Source: an uncultured Gemmatimonadales bacterium
GTDB lineage: Bacteria > Gemmatimonadota > Gemmatimonadetes > Longimicrobiales > RSA9
Direction: 5' to 3'
NCBI GenBank assembly: GCA_963798845.1
Contig: CAWCUS010000004.1
Span: 64,001-128,000 of the forward strand
DNA: 64,000 nt
The notes beneath the pieces were generated by a model. That model was not told the DNA's origin. It made no database searches and saw nothing but the letters and a program-made list of their open reading frames with translations. Shown here piece by piece: positions 44,101-55,873 of this stretch. How positions within the stretch are numbered: position 1 is the first letter of the stretch; each line of letters opens with the position of its first letter. The translations under genes and the position numbers were made by a program.

Positions 44101-44447
44101 GGCCGGAGCGTGAAGTTCAGCTCGTACACGTCGCCGAGCGTGAGCCGAACGTCCTCCTGCCGCTCCGTGGCGTAGCCCAGAGCGGAGACCTCCACCACGT
44201 AGCCGGCGCCGGGCTTGAGGTAGGGGATGAAGTAGCGGCCGTTCTGCCCGGAGATCGCCCGGTTGGTCACGCCCGTCTGGGCATTGCGCACGACCACCTC
44301 GGCAGCGGGAACCGTCGTGCCATCGGCGGCCCGAATCGTTCCGGCAAGGCCGGCCGTCGTCGTGCTCTGGGCGCTCAGTCCGCCAGCTCCACCGACGAGC
44401 AGGGCGAAGCCCAGGAGCGACGACCACTTACGAAACAAGTTCGTCAT
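41178..44447 (-). CDS. TonB-dependent receptor with N-terminal carboxypeptidase-regulatory-like domain (Oar-like)
   Basis: Signal peptide, IDGAVNNDVFGL, INAVTKSGTN, YVQDEW, C-terminal IRLTF. Confidence 0.9.
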   Translation of the reverse strand: MTNLFRKWSSLLGFALLVGGAGGLSAQSTTTAGLAGTIRAADGTTVPAAEVVVRNAQTGVTNRAISGQNGRYFIPYLKPGAGYVVEVSALGYATERQEDVRLTLGDVYELNFTLRPEAVSAGEIRVTTARSDVFSPTHMGAQTTVDEASIADVPSIDRHINDLAAMSPYVSVTGDAPSVGGQNNRMNNIQIDGAVNNDVFGLAASGVPGGQANAKPIPIDAIAQFEVLVAPFDVRQAGFSGGLINAVTKSGTNEWKGSLYGYYRDENFLNDSLAYKLPVAGGGSVEQTLTTADFLDQTLGFSLGGPIVKDRLHLYAAGEFQQRKYPLQYGIDSDPAIIKESPDSIRRFINILENQYGFSAGDPSAYAEENPNSNVFARLDWSPSEKHRITFRDNFVHASDQSSPSRGSYFTLSSGTYNFESNTNSAVLQVHSTFAQDLFNELLVNYERVRDRRNPVGRYPLVQVDNTSSVSSGSVNGTLQAGAELYSQANELDQDIVQITDNFTKVFGAHRTTLGGQLEYYHFRNLFAPGTMGQWGFDNLADFAAGNASSYFVNVPYGDLTVGDLAAKFGVYNLSAYVQDEWTVNPQLTLSGGLRFDVPIMPDKPRNNGDFQQAFGLSTAVVPSGNFSISPRLGFNWQIPGDMMTQVRGGAGLFTGRPPFVWLSNQYGNTGHELVALNCSGANTPTFTGSAVPTTCADGTPATASGVMVVNVFDQDFKFPQELKVSLAFDRQLPWDLQATVEGLYTKSINQIAMKDLNFEYVGQSNPADAIGSRPVYGYPVDNSYDAMAPNRKNSAFGPVIELTNDSKNYAYLFNFELQRSFFDNVDVRAAYTYSRAFSTQDLTSSIATSNYGYNGISGDPNDPPVAPSSFDRPHKILVSASGTFFEKFGGTTLSLFYIGRSGKRYYYIYDGDVNGDGYETFGVVNNRNNDIVYIPNNASEITWSPTGRPGAEDQRLFNELVDLEPCLSDAKGSILEAFACQAPWTNQLNVKLQQGIPLPTQRGKIALTLDVFNVLNLLNHEWGLDQGPIYSDINLLQLRGRDNATGAMQFDYYGPTVTDDNGVQNAVKPYTTFYDSRWSIQTGIRLTF

Positions 44448-44619
44448 CGTCTGTCCATGTTGGGGGTACTCGGGAGTCGTCCGGACTCTGGATGGGCCCG
44501 GCGAGAACGACCGGATACGACGCAATGGCCGTCCCGCATCTGGAACGGCTCCGAAAAGGGGCTGCTGCCGGCGTCGGTCATCACTACAGCGGTCGTGGGT
44601 GACTGGGAAAGTCCGGGCA

Positions 44620-44648
44620 ATGATAGGGGGGCGCGGTCACAGAATCAA
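44620..44648 (-). promoter_or_regulatory. Putative sigma70 promoter of the TonB-dependent receptor
   Basis: Minus strand TTGATT, 17-nt spacer, TATCAT. Confidence 0.6.
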
Positions 44649-44746
44649 CCCTGCCGCTGACTTCTCCGCGGAACTGTTGCCGTACCGTGACCGTTCGCCG
44701 CCGGAGCGTGTTCAGGATCGCCGGCGGTGGGCCTTCCGAGGTCTGT

Positions 44747-45808
44747 TCAGCCGGCTGCGCTGGCCCGGCGCGGGGCGTCGTCAAGGGCGGCGATGGCCTC
44801 GCTGATCCGGGCGACCAGGGCCTGCTTCTCCTGGTAGGGGAGGAACGCGCTCTCGAAGCCGTTGAGGGCGATCCGGGTCAGCTCGTCCCAGGTGAAGTCC
44901 AGGTACGTGTGGGCCCGCCAGTACTCGTCGGTGACGGTGGTCGCGCTCATGAGACGGTTGTCCGTGTTGAGCGTCACCACCAGCCCCTGGTCGAAGTAGA
45001 GGCGGAGCGGGTGGTCCTGAAAGCGCTCCACGGCGTGTGTCTGGACGTTGGACGTGAGGCAGATCTCGATGGGGACCCGGAAGTCGTTGATGTACTGCAT
45101 GAGGTCCGGGTCCTCGTAGAGGCGGGTGCCGTGGCCGATCCGGTTGGCGTTGCAGTAGTGCAGCGCCTGGTGGATCGACTCGGGGCCGTACGCTTCCCCG
45201 GCGTGGATGGTGGCCGCCACGTTCGCGTTGCCCACGCGGTAGAAGGCTTCCCGGTGCATCTTCGCCGGGTTGTTGTACTCGGCCCCGGCCAGGTCGAAGG
45301 CCACGACGCCACGGTTCTTGAAAGTGACCGTGAGGTCGGCCAGGTCCATGGAGGTGTGCGGGCTCATGTTGCGGATCCCGCAGATGATGATGCCCGTGCG
45401 GATGTCGTACTGTTCCTCGGCGCGACGAAGCCCGCGAAGCGGGGCTTCCACCGCCTCCTCCAGGGTCAGCCCGTCCTGGATGTTGAGGACGGGGGAGAAG
45501 CGTACCTCCATGTAGCGGACGTTCTCGAGGGCCGCGTCCTCGGCGAGCTCGAAGGCGATGCGCTCGAGTGCGGCGGCGTCCTGCATGACGGAGAGGGTGA
45601 CATCGAAGCGCGACAGGTAGTCCACCAGGTCGCGCGCATCCTGGACATGCATGTACCTGGCGAGCTCCTCCGGCTCGTGTGCCGGGAGCTTCACGCCGCG
45701 CTCGTCCGCCAGCTCGATCAGGGTGGAGGGCCGGAGCGACCCGTCCAGGTGCACGTGCAGATCCGTCTTGGGCAGGCGACGCAGCGCCTCCTCGGTCACT
45801 CGGGCCAT
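44747..45808 (-). CDS. add: Adenosine deaminase
   Basis: LHVHLDGS, DLAGAE, HAGE, RIGHG, NTDN. Confidence 0.95.
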   Translation of the reverse strand: MARVTEEALRRLPKTDLHVHLDGSLRPSTLIELADERGVKLPAHEPEELARYMHVQDARDLVDYLSRFDVTLSVMQDAAALERIAFELAEDAALENVRYMEVRFSPVLNIQDGLTLEEAVEAPLRGLRRAEEQYDIRTGIIICGIRNMSPHTSMDLADLTVTFKNRGVVAFDLAGAEYNNPAKMHREAFYRVGNANVAATIHAGEAYGPESIHQALHYCNANRIGHGTRLYEDPDLMQYINDFRVPIEICLTSNVQTHAVERFQDHPLRLYFDQGLVVTLNTDNRLMSATTVTDEYWRAHTYLDFTWDELTRIALNGFESAFLPYQEKQALVARISEAIAALDDAPRRASAAG

Positions 45809-45824
45809 GCTCCTCCCCCGTTGG

Positions 45825-48494
<2,670 letters not shown>

Positions 48495-48593
48495 TTTCGA
48501 TTTCCGGATTCCGTGGAGCGCGGTACGCGCGAAATGGTCGAGCAATGTACGAGTGTACGTGGCGGCGACCGGTCCGAACAAGGCCGGGACGGC

Positions 48594-48746
48594 GGGCTCG
48601 GCCTTCCGGCCTCGCAGAGGGGCTCGGCCTGCGGCCTCGCAGAGGGGCTCGGCCATTCGGCCTCGCAGAGGGGCTCGGCCTGCGGCCTCGCAGAGGGGCT
48701 CGGCCTTGCGGCCTCGCAGAGGGGCTCGGCCCTTCGGGCCTCGCAG
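48594..48746 (+). repeat. Tandem hairpin array B: 6 units of 25-26 bp, same family as array A
   Basis: GGGGCTC-GGCC-[TTCC/TGC/ATTC/TGC/TTGC/CTTCG]-GGCC-TCGCAGA. Confidence 0.96.
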
Positions 48747-48871
48747 GCGGTGGGGTAAAGGCGGCCGCATCCCGTCGTGAGCTGGCTGCTTCCGGCCGTC
48801 GTGGCAAGGCAGGCCCATCGCGGGGAGCGCTGGGACGCGGATCGGCCGGGCGACGGAGCCGGACGGGGATC

Positions 48872-49135
48872 CTGCGAACGAAGTGAGCCCCTCTGCGAGG
48901 CCGCAACGCGGCCGAGCCCCTCTGCGAACGAAGTGAGCCCCTCTGCGAGGCCGCAACGCGGCCGAGCCCCTCTGCGAACGAAGTGAGCCCCTCTGCGAGG
49001 CCGCGACGCGGCCGAGCCCCTCTGCGAACGAAGTGAGCCCCTCTGCGAGGCCGCAAGCGGCCGAGCCCCTGCAACGAGTGAGCCCCTCTGCGAACGAAGT
49101 GAGCCCCTCTGCGAGGCCGCAACGCGGCCGAGCCC
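48872..49135 (-). repeat. Tandem hairpin array C: 50-bp higher-order unit, inverted relative to array B
   Basis: On the plus strand the core GAGCCCCTCTGCGA alternates with ACGAAGT and GGCCGC-AAC-GCGGCC; 11 modules, one degenerate near 49070. Confidence 0.96.
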
Positions 49136-49140
49136 TGCCT

Positions 49141-50523
49141 TCAGCAGGTGGAGGCGATCGGGAATCCGCGCTCGAGGTCCACGAGCGGCGAGGTGTACTG
49201 GCCGGAGAAGCAGGCGTGGCAGAAGGGGCCGACTGCGGCGACGGCGTCGGTCATGCCCTCGAGCGAGAGATAACCGAGGGAATCCACGTCGAGGTGCTGG
49301 CGGATCTCTTCGACGGTCTTGCGGGAGCCGATGAGCTCCTCACGCGTGGGCATGTCGATGCCGTAGAAGCACGGGTAGCGCACGGGCGGGCTGGAGATCC
49401 GGAAATGGACTTCTTTGGCGCCGGCTTCCCGGAGGAGTCGGACGAGGCCCATGCTTGTGGTGCCGCGCACGAGGGAGTCGTCGACCACCACCACGCGCTG
49501 CCCCTCGAGGACCTCGCGCACGGGGTTGTACTTGATTCGGACGCGGAAGTCGCGTCCGGCCTGCGTGGGGTGTATGAAGGTGCGGCCCACGTAGTGGTTT
49601 CGGATGAGCCCGAGCTCGTACGGGATGCCGCTCTCTTCGGAGAAGCCGAGGGCGGCGGAGTTGGAGGAATCGGGGACGCTGATGACGACGTCGGCGTCGG
49701 CGGGGTGTTCGCGCGCGAGACGTCGTCCGAAGGCGCGTCGGGCGCGGTCCACGCTCTGGCCCCAGATCCGGGAGTCGGGGCGCGCGAAGTAGACGAGCTC
49801 GAAGATGCAGGGGGCGATGGGGTGCTCCCCGCCCACTTCCCGGAGCGACGTGAGCTCGTGGCCCCTGATCCGGACCATCTCGCCCGCCTCGATGTCGCGG
49901 ACGTACTCTGCGCCCACCAGGTCGAGGGCGCAGCTCTCACTGGCGACGATCCAGCCATCGTCGGGGAAGCGGCCGAGGACGAGGGGCCGGAAGCCGTAGG
50001 GGTCGCGGGCCGCGTAGAGGGTTTCGCCGACGGTGATGATGACGCTGACCGCGCCGGTGAGGCGGGAGAGGGCCTCGGAGATCTGCTCGTCGGGCGTGGG
50101 GCAGCGGGAGCGGGAGATCAGGTGGACGATGACCTCGCTGTCGATCGTCCCCTGGAAGAGCGCGCCTTCCTCGACGAGCTCCTCGCGCAGCACGTGGGCG
50201 TTGGTGATGTTCCCGTTGTGGACCAGTCCGAGGTCACCCTCCCGGTAGTTCACGACAATGGGCTGGGCGTTGACCAGCCCCGGACCGCCGGCTGTGGAGT
50301 ATCGAGTGTGCCCGAGTGCCACGTGGCCCGGCAGCGCGGCCAGGTCCGCGTCGTTGAACCCTTCGACGACGAGCCCCTCCCGCTTCATGAGGCGCGCCTT
50401 CCCGTTCTCGGCCACGGCGGCGATCCCCGTCGATTCCTGGCCCCGGTGCTGCAGCGCGTACAGCCCCAGGAAGACCAGCTTGGCCGCTTCCCGCGCGCCG
50501 GTGACGCCTACGATACCGCACAT
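49141..50523 (-). CDS. purF: Amidophosphoribosyltransferase
   Basis: N-terminal MCG, LQHRGQE, HTRYST, VDDSLVRGTT, CFYGID, CHACF. Confidence 0.97.
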   Translation of the reverse strand: MCGIVGVTGAREAAKLVFLGLYALQHRGQESTGIAAVAENGKARLMKREGLVVEGFNDADLAALPGHVALGHTRYSTAGGPGLVNAQPIVVNYREGDLGLVHNGNITNAHVLREELVEEGALFQGTIDSEVIVHLISRSRCPTPDEQISEALSRLTGAVSVIITVGETLYAARDPYGFRPLVLGRFPDDGWIVASESCALDLVGAEYVRDIEAGEMVRIRGHELTSLREVGGEHPIAPCIFELVYFARPDSRIWGQSVDRARRAFGRRLAREHPADADVVISVPDSSNSAALGFSEESGIPYELGLIRNHYVGRTFIHPTQAGRDFRVRIKYNPVREVLEGQRVVVVDDSLVRGTTSMGLVRLLREAGAKEVHFRISSPPVRYPCFYGIDMPTREELIGSRKTVEEIRQHLDVDSLGYLSLEGMTDAVAAVGPFCHACFSGQYTSPLVDLERGFPIASTC

Positions 50524-50581
50524 GCCGCCCCGCCCCCTGTGCTACGGTGCATCGCCTGGACCCGAACTCCCGCCGGGCCGT

Positions 50582-52888
50582 CTAATCCGCTCCGGCCGCA
50601 GCCGGCGCCTCCATTACCCCCGGGATCGCCGAGTGATACGCCCGGGCGAGCTCCGTCGTGTCGATCCGGAGGCTCCGGCCGGCCACGGAGAGCCGGAACA
50701 CGGCGCCCGCGTCGCGCTCGTTCACGGTCCCGATCCGGCGGCCGGGAACCTCGCGCGCGCGGGCGGCGGCGAGCACCCGCTCGACGTTCCCCTGCTCGCA
50801 GGAGACCACCACGCGCCCCTGGGCCTCCCCGAACAGCAGCGCGGGAACCGGAACGTCATCGGCGAGCGTGACGTCGAAGCCGACCCGCGATTCGGGGGCG
50901 CCCACCGCGCACTCGGCGATGCAGACGGCGAGGCCGCCCTCTGCGCAGTCGTGGGCGCTCTTCAGCAGGCGGCCCGCGGTCATCTCGAGGATCGCATCCA
51001 CCAGCCGCCGCTCGCCCTCCAGGTCGACGTTGGGGACGGGCCCGGCGGTGCGGCCGTGGATCGTCTTCAGGTACTCCGACGCTCCGATCTCGGCAGTGTT
51101 GGCGCCGAGCAGGATGATGGCGTCGCCGGGATCGCGGAACCAGGCGCCGATGGCGGTGTCCACGTCCTCGAGCACGCCCACCATGCCGATCACCGGGGTG
51201 GGGAAAATGGCGCCACGCGGATTCTCGTTGTACAGCGACACGTTGCCGCCCGTGACCGGGGTCTCCAGCACCCGGCACGCCTCGCCCATGCCCGCCGTGG
51301 CCTCCCTCAGCTGGAAGTAGACTTCCGGCTTGAGCGGGTTGCCGAAGTTCAGGTTGTCCGTGACCGCCCGCGGCCGGGCACCCACGCACGCCAGGTTGCG
51401 CGCGGCCTCCGCCACGGCAATGGCGCCGCCTTTCCGCGGGTCGAGGTAGGCGAAGCGAGGATTGCAGTCGGTCGTGGCGGCGATGCCGCGGCGGGTGCCT
51501 CGCACGCGGAGCACACCGGCGTCGCCGCCGGGAGGCTGCACGGTGTTGGTGCGGACTGTGGAGTCGTACTGGTCGTGGACCCACGACTTGGACGCGATGT
51601 TGGGGGCGCCCATCAGCGTGACCAGGTCCCGCGCCGGGTCGCGGGCGGCCATGGCCGTGGCGAGCTCACCGGGGTCCCACTCCCGCAGCCGCCGGACCTC
51701 GTCCGACTCGCGCCCCTCGCGTATGTACGTCGGGCACTCCACCAGCGCGGTGCCCGGGATCTCGGCGACGACGTGGCCGCGCTCTCGCACCCGGTAGAAC
51801 CCGTCGTCGGTGACCTGCCCGATGACGGCGGCCTCGAGCTCCCATTTCTCCAGGATCCGGACCACGTCATCCTCGTGACCGGCGCGCGCCACCACGACCA
51901 TCCGCTCCTGGCTCTCGCTGAGGAGGATCTCGTATGGCGTCATGTCCGTTTCCCGGAGCGGCACTTTCGCCACGTCGATGTCCACGCCGGTTCCCGCGCG
52001 GGCGGCCATCTCGCTGGAGGCGGAGGCGAGGCCCGCGGCGCCCATGTCCTGGATGCCGACAATGTGGCCGCTCCTGATCAGCTCGAGCGACGCCTCGAGG
52101 AGGAGCTTCTCGGTGAACGGGTCGCCGACCTGGACCTGAGGCCGGCTCGACTCCGTCTCCTCGCTCAGCTCCTCGCTGGCGAACGTGGCGCCGTGGATCC
52201 CGTCGCGCCCGGTGCGCGCCCCGACTGCCAGGATCGGGTTGCCCGGGCCGGACGCGTTGGCGCGGATCAGGTCGTCCTTCTTCATGAGCCCGATGGCCAG
52301 CGCGTTGATGATCGGGTTCCCTTCGTATGCCTCGTCGAACCAGGTCTCGCCGCCAATGTTCGGGATGCCGACGCAGTTGCCGTAGTCGCCGATCCCTTTC
52401 ACGACGCCGTCGAACAGATAACGGACACGGGGGCTGGTCAGGTCGCCGAAATGAAGGGAATCGAGGACGGCCACCGGCCGGGCGCCCATGGTGAAGACGT
52501 CGCGCAGGATCCCGCCCACGCCCGTGGCCGCGCCCTGGTACGGCTCCACGGCGGATGGGTGGTTGTGGCTCTCGATCTTGAACGCGACCGCGTAGCCGTC
52601 GCCAATGTCGATGACACCCGCGTTCTCGCCCGGACCCTGGAGCACCCAGGGAGCCTCGGTGGGCAGCTGTCGGAGCAGCGGCTTGGAGTTCTTGTAGCCG
52701 CAGTGCTCGCTCCAAAGCGCGCTGAACAGGCCCAGCTCGGTGTACGTGGCGTCCCGGCCGAGGATCTCCCGGATCCGGGCGTACTCCTCTTCCGTGAGGC
52801 CGTGTTCCGCCACCAGCTCGGGGGTGACCGCGGGGTCCCCCGGGCGGGGTTCCGCGCTGCCGCCGGTTGCGCTCCGCGTCGCGCTCAT
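50582..52888 (-). CDS. purL: FGAM synthase subunit PurL
   Basis: [42 protein letters not shown]. Confidence 0.97.
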   Translation of the reverse strand: MSATRSATGGSAEPRPGDPAVTPELVAEHGLTEEEYARIREILGRDATYTELGLFSALWSEHCGYKNSKPLLRQLPTEAPWVLQGPGENAGVIDIGDGYAVAFKIESHNHPSAVEPYQGAATGVGGILRDVFTMGARPVAVLDSLHFGDLTSPRVRYLFDGVVKGIGDYGNCVGIPNIGGETWFDEAYEGNPIINALAIGLMKKDDLIRANASGPGNPILAVGARTGRDGIHGATFASEELSEETESSRPQVQVGDPFTEKLLLEASLELIRSGHIVGIQDMGAAGLASASSEMAARAGTGVDIDVAKVPLRETDMTPYEILLSESQERMVVVARAGHEDDVVRILEKWELEAAVIGQVTDDGFYRVRERGHVVAEIPGTALVECPTYIREGRESDEVRRLREWDPGELATAMAARDPARDLVTLMGAPNIASKSWVHDQYDSTVRTNTVQPPGGDAGVLRVRGTRRGIAATTDCNPRFAYLDPRKGGAIAVAEAARNLACVGARPRAVTDNLNFGNPLKPEVYFQLREATAGMGEACRVLETPVTGGNVSLYNENPRGAIFPTPVIGMVGVLEDVDTAIGAWFRDPGDAIILLGANTAEIGASEYLKTIHGRTAGPVPNVDLEGERRLVDAILEMTAGRLLKSAHDCAEGGLAVCIAECAVGAPESRVGFDVTLADDVPVPALLFGEAQGRVVVSCEQGNVERVLAAARAREVPGRRIGTVNERDAGAVFRLSVAGRSLRIDTTELARAYHSAIPGVMEAPAAAGAD

Positions 52889-53610
52889 GGCGCCACCGAT
52901 TCCCTGACGGCGCCAGCGTGCGTGCCCGTCTCTTCGCGCAGCGCACGGAACAGCGGGAGCCCGTCCGTGCCGCCGAGCAGCGCCTCCACCATTCGCTCAG
53001 GATGTGGCATGAGCCCAAGCACGTTGCCCTGCTCGTTGATGATCCCCGCGATATTGTGGGCGGAGCCGTTCGGGTTCGCCGTGTCGGTCGCCTCGCCCGC
53101 GGCGTCGACGTAGCGGAAGACCACTCGGCGCTCCTCCTCGAGGCGGGCGAGCGTGTCCTCGTCCGCCAGGTAGTTCCCTTCGCCGTGGGCGAGCGGAAGG
53201 CGCAGCACCTGCCCGTGCCGGTACTGGCGAGTGAACGGTGTGTCCGTGCGGTCCACGCGAACGCGCACTTCCTTGCCCAGGAACTTGAGGCCCCGGTTGC
53301 GGACCAGGGCGCCCGGGAGGACGCCGGCCTCGCACAGGATCTGGAAGCCGTTGCAGATCCCGAGGACCAGCCCGCCGTCGCGGGCGAAGCGGATGACGTC
53401 GTCCATGACCGGCGAGAAGCGGGCGATGGCGCCGGCGCGGAGATAGTCGCCGTAGGAGAAGCCGCCGGGCAGGATGACGAGGTCGGGGTCGCCCAGGTCG
53501 GTCTCCCGGTGCCAGACGAACCACGCTTCCTCCCCGAGCACGTCGGTGACGGCCTTGTAGCAGTCGTAGTCGCAGTTCGAGCCCGGGAATGTGACTACGG
53601 CCGCCCGCAT
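52885..53610 (-). CDS. purQ: FGAM synthase glutaminase subunit PurQ
   Basis: [31 protein letters not shown]. Confidence 0.97.
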   Translation of the reverse strand: MRAAVVTFPGSNCDYDCYKAVTDVLGEEAWFVWHRETDLGDPDLVILPGGFSYGDYLRAGAIARFSPVMDDVIRFARDGGLVLGICNGFQILCEAGVLPGALVRNRGLKFLGKEVRVRVDRTDTPFTRQYRHGQVLRLPLAHGEGNYLADEDTLARLEEERRVVFRYVDAAGEATDTANPNGSAHNIAGIINEQGNVLGLMPHPERMVEALLGGTDGLPLFRALREETGTHAGAVRESVAP

Positions 53611-53867
53611 CACGACGCCTCCGCGAGGGAGATGGCGTAGTCCTCGGTGACCGGGTTCGCGAGGAGCTTGCGGCACATCTCCTCGGCGCGGGTGCGCGCT
53701 TCCTCCTCGCTGCCGGCGCGCAGCTCCATGCGGATCAAACGCCCGATCCTGACCCCGCCGGCACCGGCGAATCCGAGGGACTGCAGCGCGTGCTCCACCG
53801 CCTTCCCCTCCGGGTCCAGCAGCCCGGCGCGAGGGGTCACCCTGACTTCCACGCTGTACTCGGCCAC
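53610..53867 (-). CDS. purS: FGAM synthase subunit PurS
   Basis: LDPEGKAV and [10 protein letters not shown] motifs. Confidence 0.93.
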   Translation of the reverse strand: MAEYSVEVRVTPRAGLLDPEGKAVEHALQSLGFAGAGGVRIGRLIRMELRAGSEEEARTRAEEMCRKLLANPVTEDYAISLAEAS

Positions 53868-53904
53868 GGCTCTCCCGTTCGCTTTCAGTTCGACGTTCTC
53901 GCCT

Positions 53905-54789
53905 CTACACGTCCTGCTCCGCCTCGTCCTCGCCCCGTGCCTCCCGCCGGCGCGGCCACCAGAGCCGGTGCGGGGGAGCGAGCTCATTGTAGTCGATCTG
54001 CCGGATCTCGGCATCCGCTTCGTCCTCCTCTTCCGTGTCCAGAAGGAGGTCGCGGTCCGGCAGTCGTTCGAAGAACCCGAGCACCATCGCTTTCAGCACC
54101 CCGTACGCCATGTAGGCCACGAAGAAGGGGAAGAAGAAGATGGAGGGGATGGTGAAGGCTGCCGTGAGGACCACGAGCAGGAAGAGGAGCGCGAGCACCC
54201 CCTTCAGCGTGCGGAAGCCGAACTTGGGCACCACCGGGTAGAGGATGTGGCTCATCATGAGCATGGCCAGCCCGAGCATCATCGCGATCATGATGTTGGG
54301 CCAGGGGAGCGTCGCGAGATGCTGCTGAAAGAAGGCCGTCTGGCTGAACGGATAGAAGGTGGCCAGCGTCATCCCGGAAGCGGGGGAGGGTAGGCCATGG
54401 AAGGCCACCTTCGCGTGCCCCGCCTGCTCGACGTTGAAGCGGGCCAGGCGGATCACCGCGCCGGTGATGTAGGCGAACGACGCGATCCACCCCCAGCTTC
54501 CGTCGGCCAGGAAGAGGAAATAGATGATGAGGGCGGGCGCGACGCCGAAGCTGATGGCGTCGACCAGCGAATCGAGCTCGGCGCCGAACCGACTACCCGT
54601 CTGCGTGACCCTGGCGACGCGGCCGTCGAGCGTGTCCGCCACGCCCGCCAGGACCACGAGCCACGCGGCGGTGGCGAACGCGCCGCGGGACGCCGCTACC
54701 ACGGCCCAGACGCCAAAGAAGAGGTTCCCGAGCGTGAGGGCGCTCGGGATGATGATCACGCCTCCTTGCAGCCGTCGCGCGCGGTTCAC
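53905..54789 (-). CDS. pssA: CDP-diacylglycerol--serine O-phosphatidyltransferase (CDP-alcohol phosphotransferase)
   Basis: PSALTLGN, DTLDGRVAR......FGAELDSLVDAISFG, RLARFN, FHGLPSP. Confidence 0.9.
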   Translation of the reverse strand: MNRARRLQGGVIIIPSALTLGNLFFGVWAVVAASRGAFATAAWLVVLAGVADTLDGRVARVTQTGSRFGAELDSLVDAISFGVAPALIIYFLFLADGSWGWIASFAYITGAVIRLARFNVEQAGHAKVAFHGLPSPASGMTLATFYPFSQTAFFQQHLATLPWPNIMIAMMLGLAMLMMSHILYPVVPKFGFRTLKGVLALLFLLVVLTAAFTIPSIFFFPFFVAYMAYGVLKAMVLGFFERLPDRDLLLDTEEEDEADAEIRQIDYNELAPPHRLWWPRRREARGEDEAEQDV

Positions 54790-54959
54790 CCGCCCTCCCG
54801 GAAGAAGAAGGTCACGGCGAGCGCGGCGAGCATGAGCCCGTACCCGAAGACCCAGAGCGGCCACCGACCGACGCGGATGGCCACCAGGGTGATCACCACG
54901 GACGCCGCGGCGAGGGCGAGGAAGAGGATTCGCCCGGTGGCGTCGAGCGCCGCGCTCAC
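54786..54959 (-). CDS. 57-aa two-TM protein, possibly a remnant of the phosphatidylserine decarboxylase membrane anchor
   Basis: GTGA overlaps with both purC and pssA; two hydrophobic helices ending TFFFREGG. Confidence 0.65.
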   Translation of the reverse strand: MSAALDATGRILFLALAAASVVITLVAIRVGRWPLWVFGYGLMLAALAVTFFFREGG

Positions 54960-55873
54960 CACTCTGGCAGCTCCTTCCCCGTGAGGCGCCGGTGGACTTC
55001 CAGGTAGCGCTGCGTGGTCGCCGCGACCACGTCCTGCGGCAGCTGCGGGGGCGGGGGCGCCTTGTTCCATCGGCCATCGCTGGCAAGCGCATCGAGGTAG
55101 TCGCGCACCGGCTGCTTGTCGAGCGATGGCTGCGACCGCCCGGGCTGATAGCGCTCCTCCGGCCAGAACCGAGAGGAGTCGGGGGTCATCACCTCGTCGA
55201 TGAGGAGCAGCCGATCCCCGGCCAGGCCGAACTCGAGCTTGGTGTCGGCCAGGATGATGCCGCGCTCGGCCGCGAGCTTCCGGCCGCGCAGGTAGACGCC
55301 GACGCTCACCTCGCGCAGGCGCCCGGCCATGTCATCGCCGACGCGCTCCGCCATCGCCGCGAACGTGATGTTCTCGTCGTGCCCGCTCGTGGCCTTGGTC
55401 GCCGGTGAGAAGACGGGGGGATCCAGCCGGTCCGACTGGCGCAGCCCGGGCGGGAGCGGCTCGCCGGCCAGCGTGCCGCGCTCGCGGTACTCCGCCCAGG
55501 CGGAGCCGGCAATGTAGCCGCGCACCACGCACTCCACCGGGACGGGCGACGAGCGGCGCACCAGCAGCGCGCGCCCCGCCCACTCCGATCGCGTCGCCTC
55601 CAGCGCCGGGACCGCCGCGACGATATCCGCAGGCTCGGCGGCAACGAGGTGGTTCTCCACCAGGTCGCCGAGCTGGCGGAGCCACCACACGGTCACGGCG
55701 GTGAGCACTTCCCCCTTGCGGGGGATCGGCTGCGACATCACCACGTCGAACGCGCTCAACCGGTCCGACGCCACCATGAGCAGCCGGTCGTCGCCGACGT
55801 CGTACATCTCGCGCACCTTGCCGCGGGCGACGAGCGGGAAGGGAAGCTCGGAACGAACCAGGGGCGGCCTCAC
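54956..55873 (-). CDS. purC: SAICAR synthase
   Basis: RGKVREMY, SDRLSAFD, ECVVRGY, ADTKLEFG, DEVMTPDSSRFW, DKQ. Confidence 0.96.
   Translation of the reverse strand: MRPPLVRSELPFPLVARGKVREMYDVGDDRLLMVASDRLSAFDVVMSQPIPRKGEVLTAVTVWWLRQLGDLVENHLVAAEPADIVAAVPALEATRSEWAGRALLVRRSSPVPVECVVRGYIAGSAWAEYRERGTLAGEPLPPGLRQSDRLDPPVFSPATKATSGHDENITFAAMAERVGDDMAGRLREVSVGVYLRGRKLAAERGIILADTKLEFGLAGDRLLLIDEVMTPDSSRFWPEERYQPGRSQPSLDKQPVRDYLDALASDGRWNKAPPPPQLPQDVVAATTQRYLEVHRRLTGKELPEW

Noticed and set aside
41178..44447. Lower GC of the TonB-dependent receptor as horizontal transfer
   Set aside because: Third codon positions remain C/G-rich. The shift reflects N/Y/F/D-rich barrel composition, and there are no mobility signatures.
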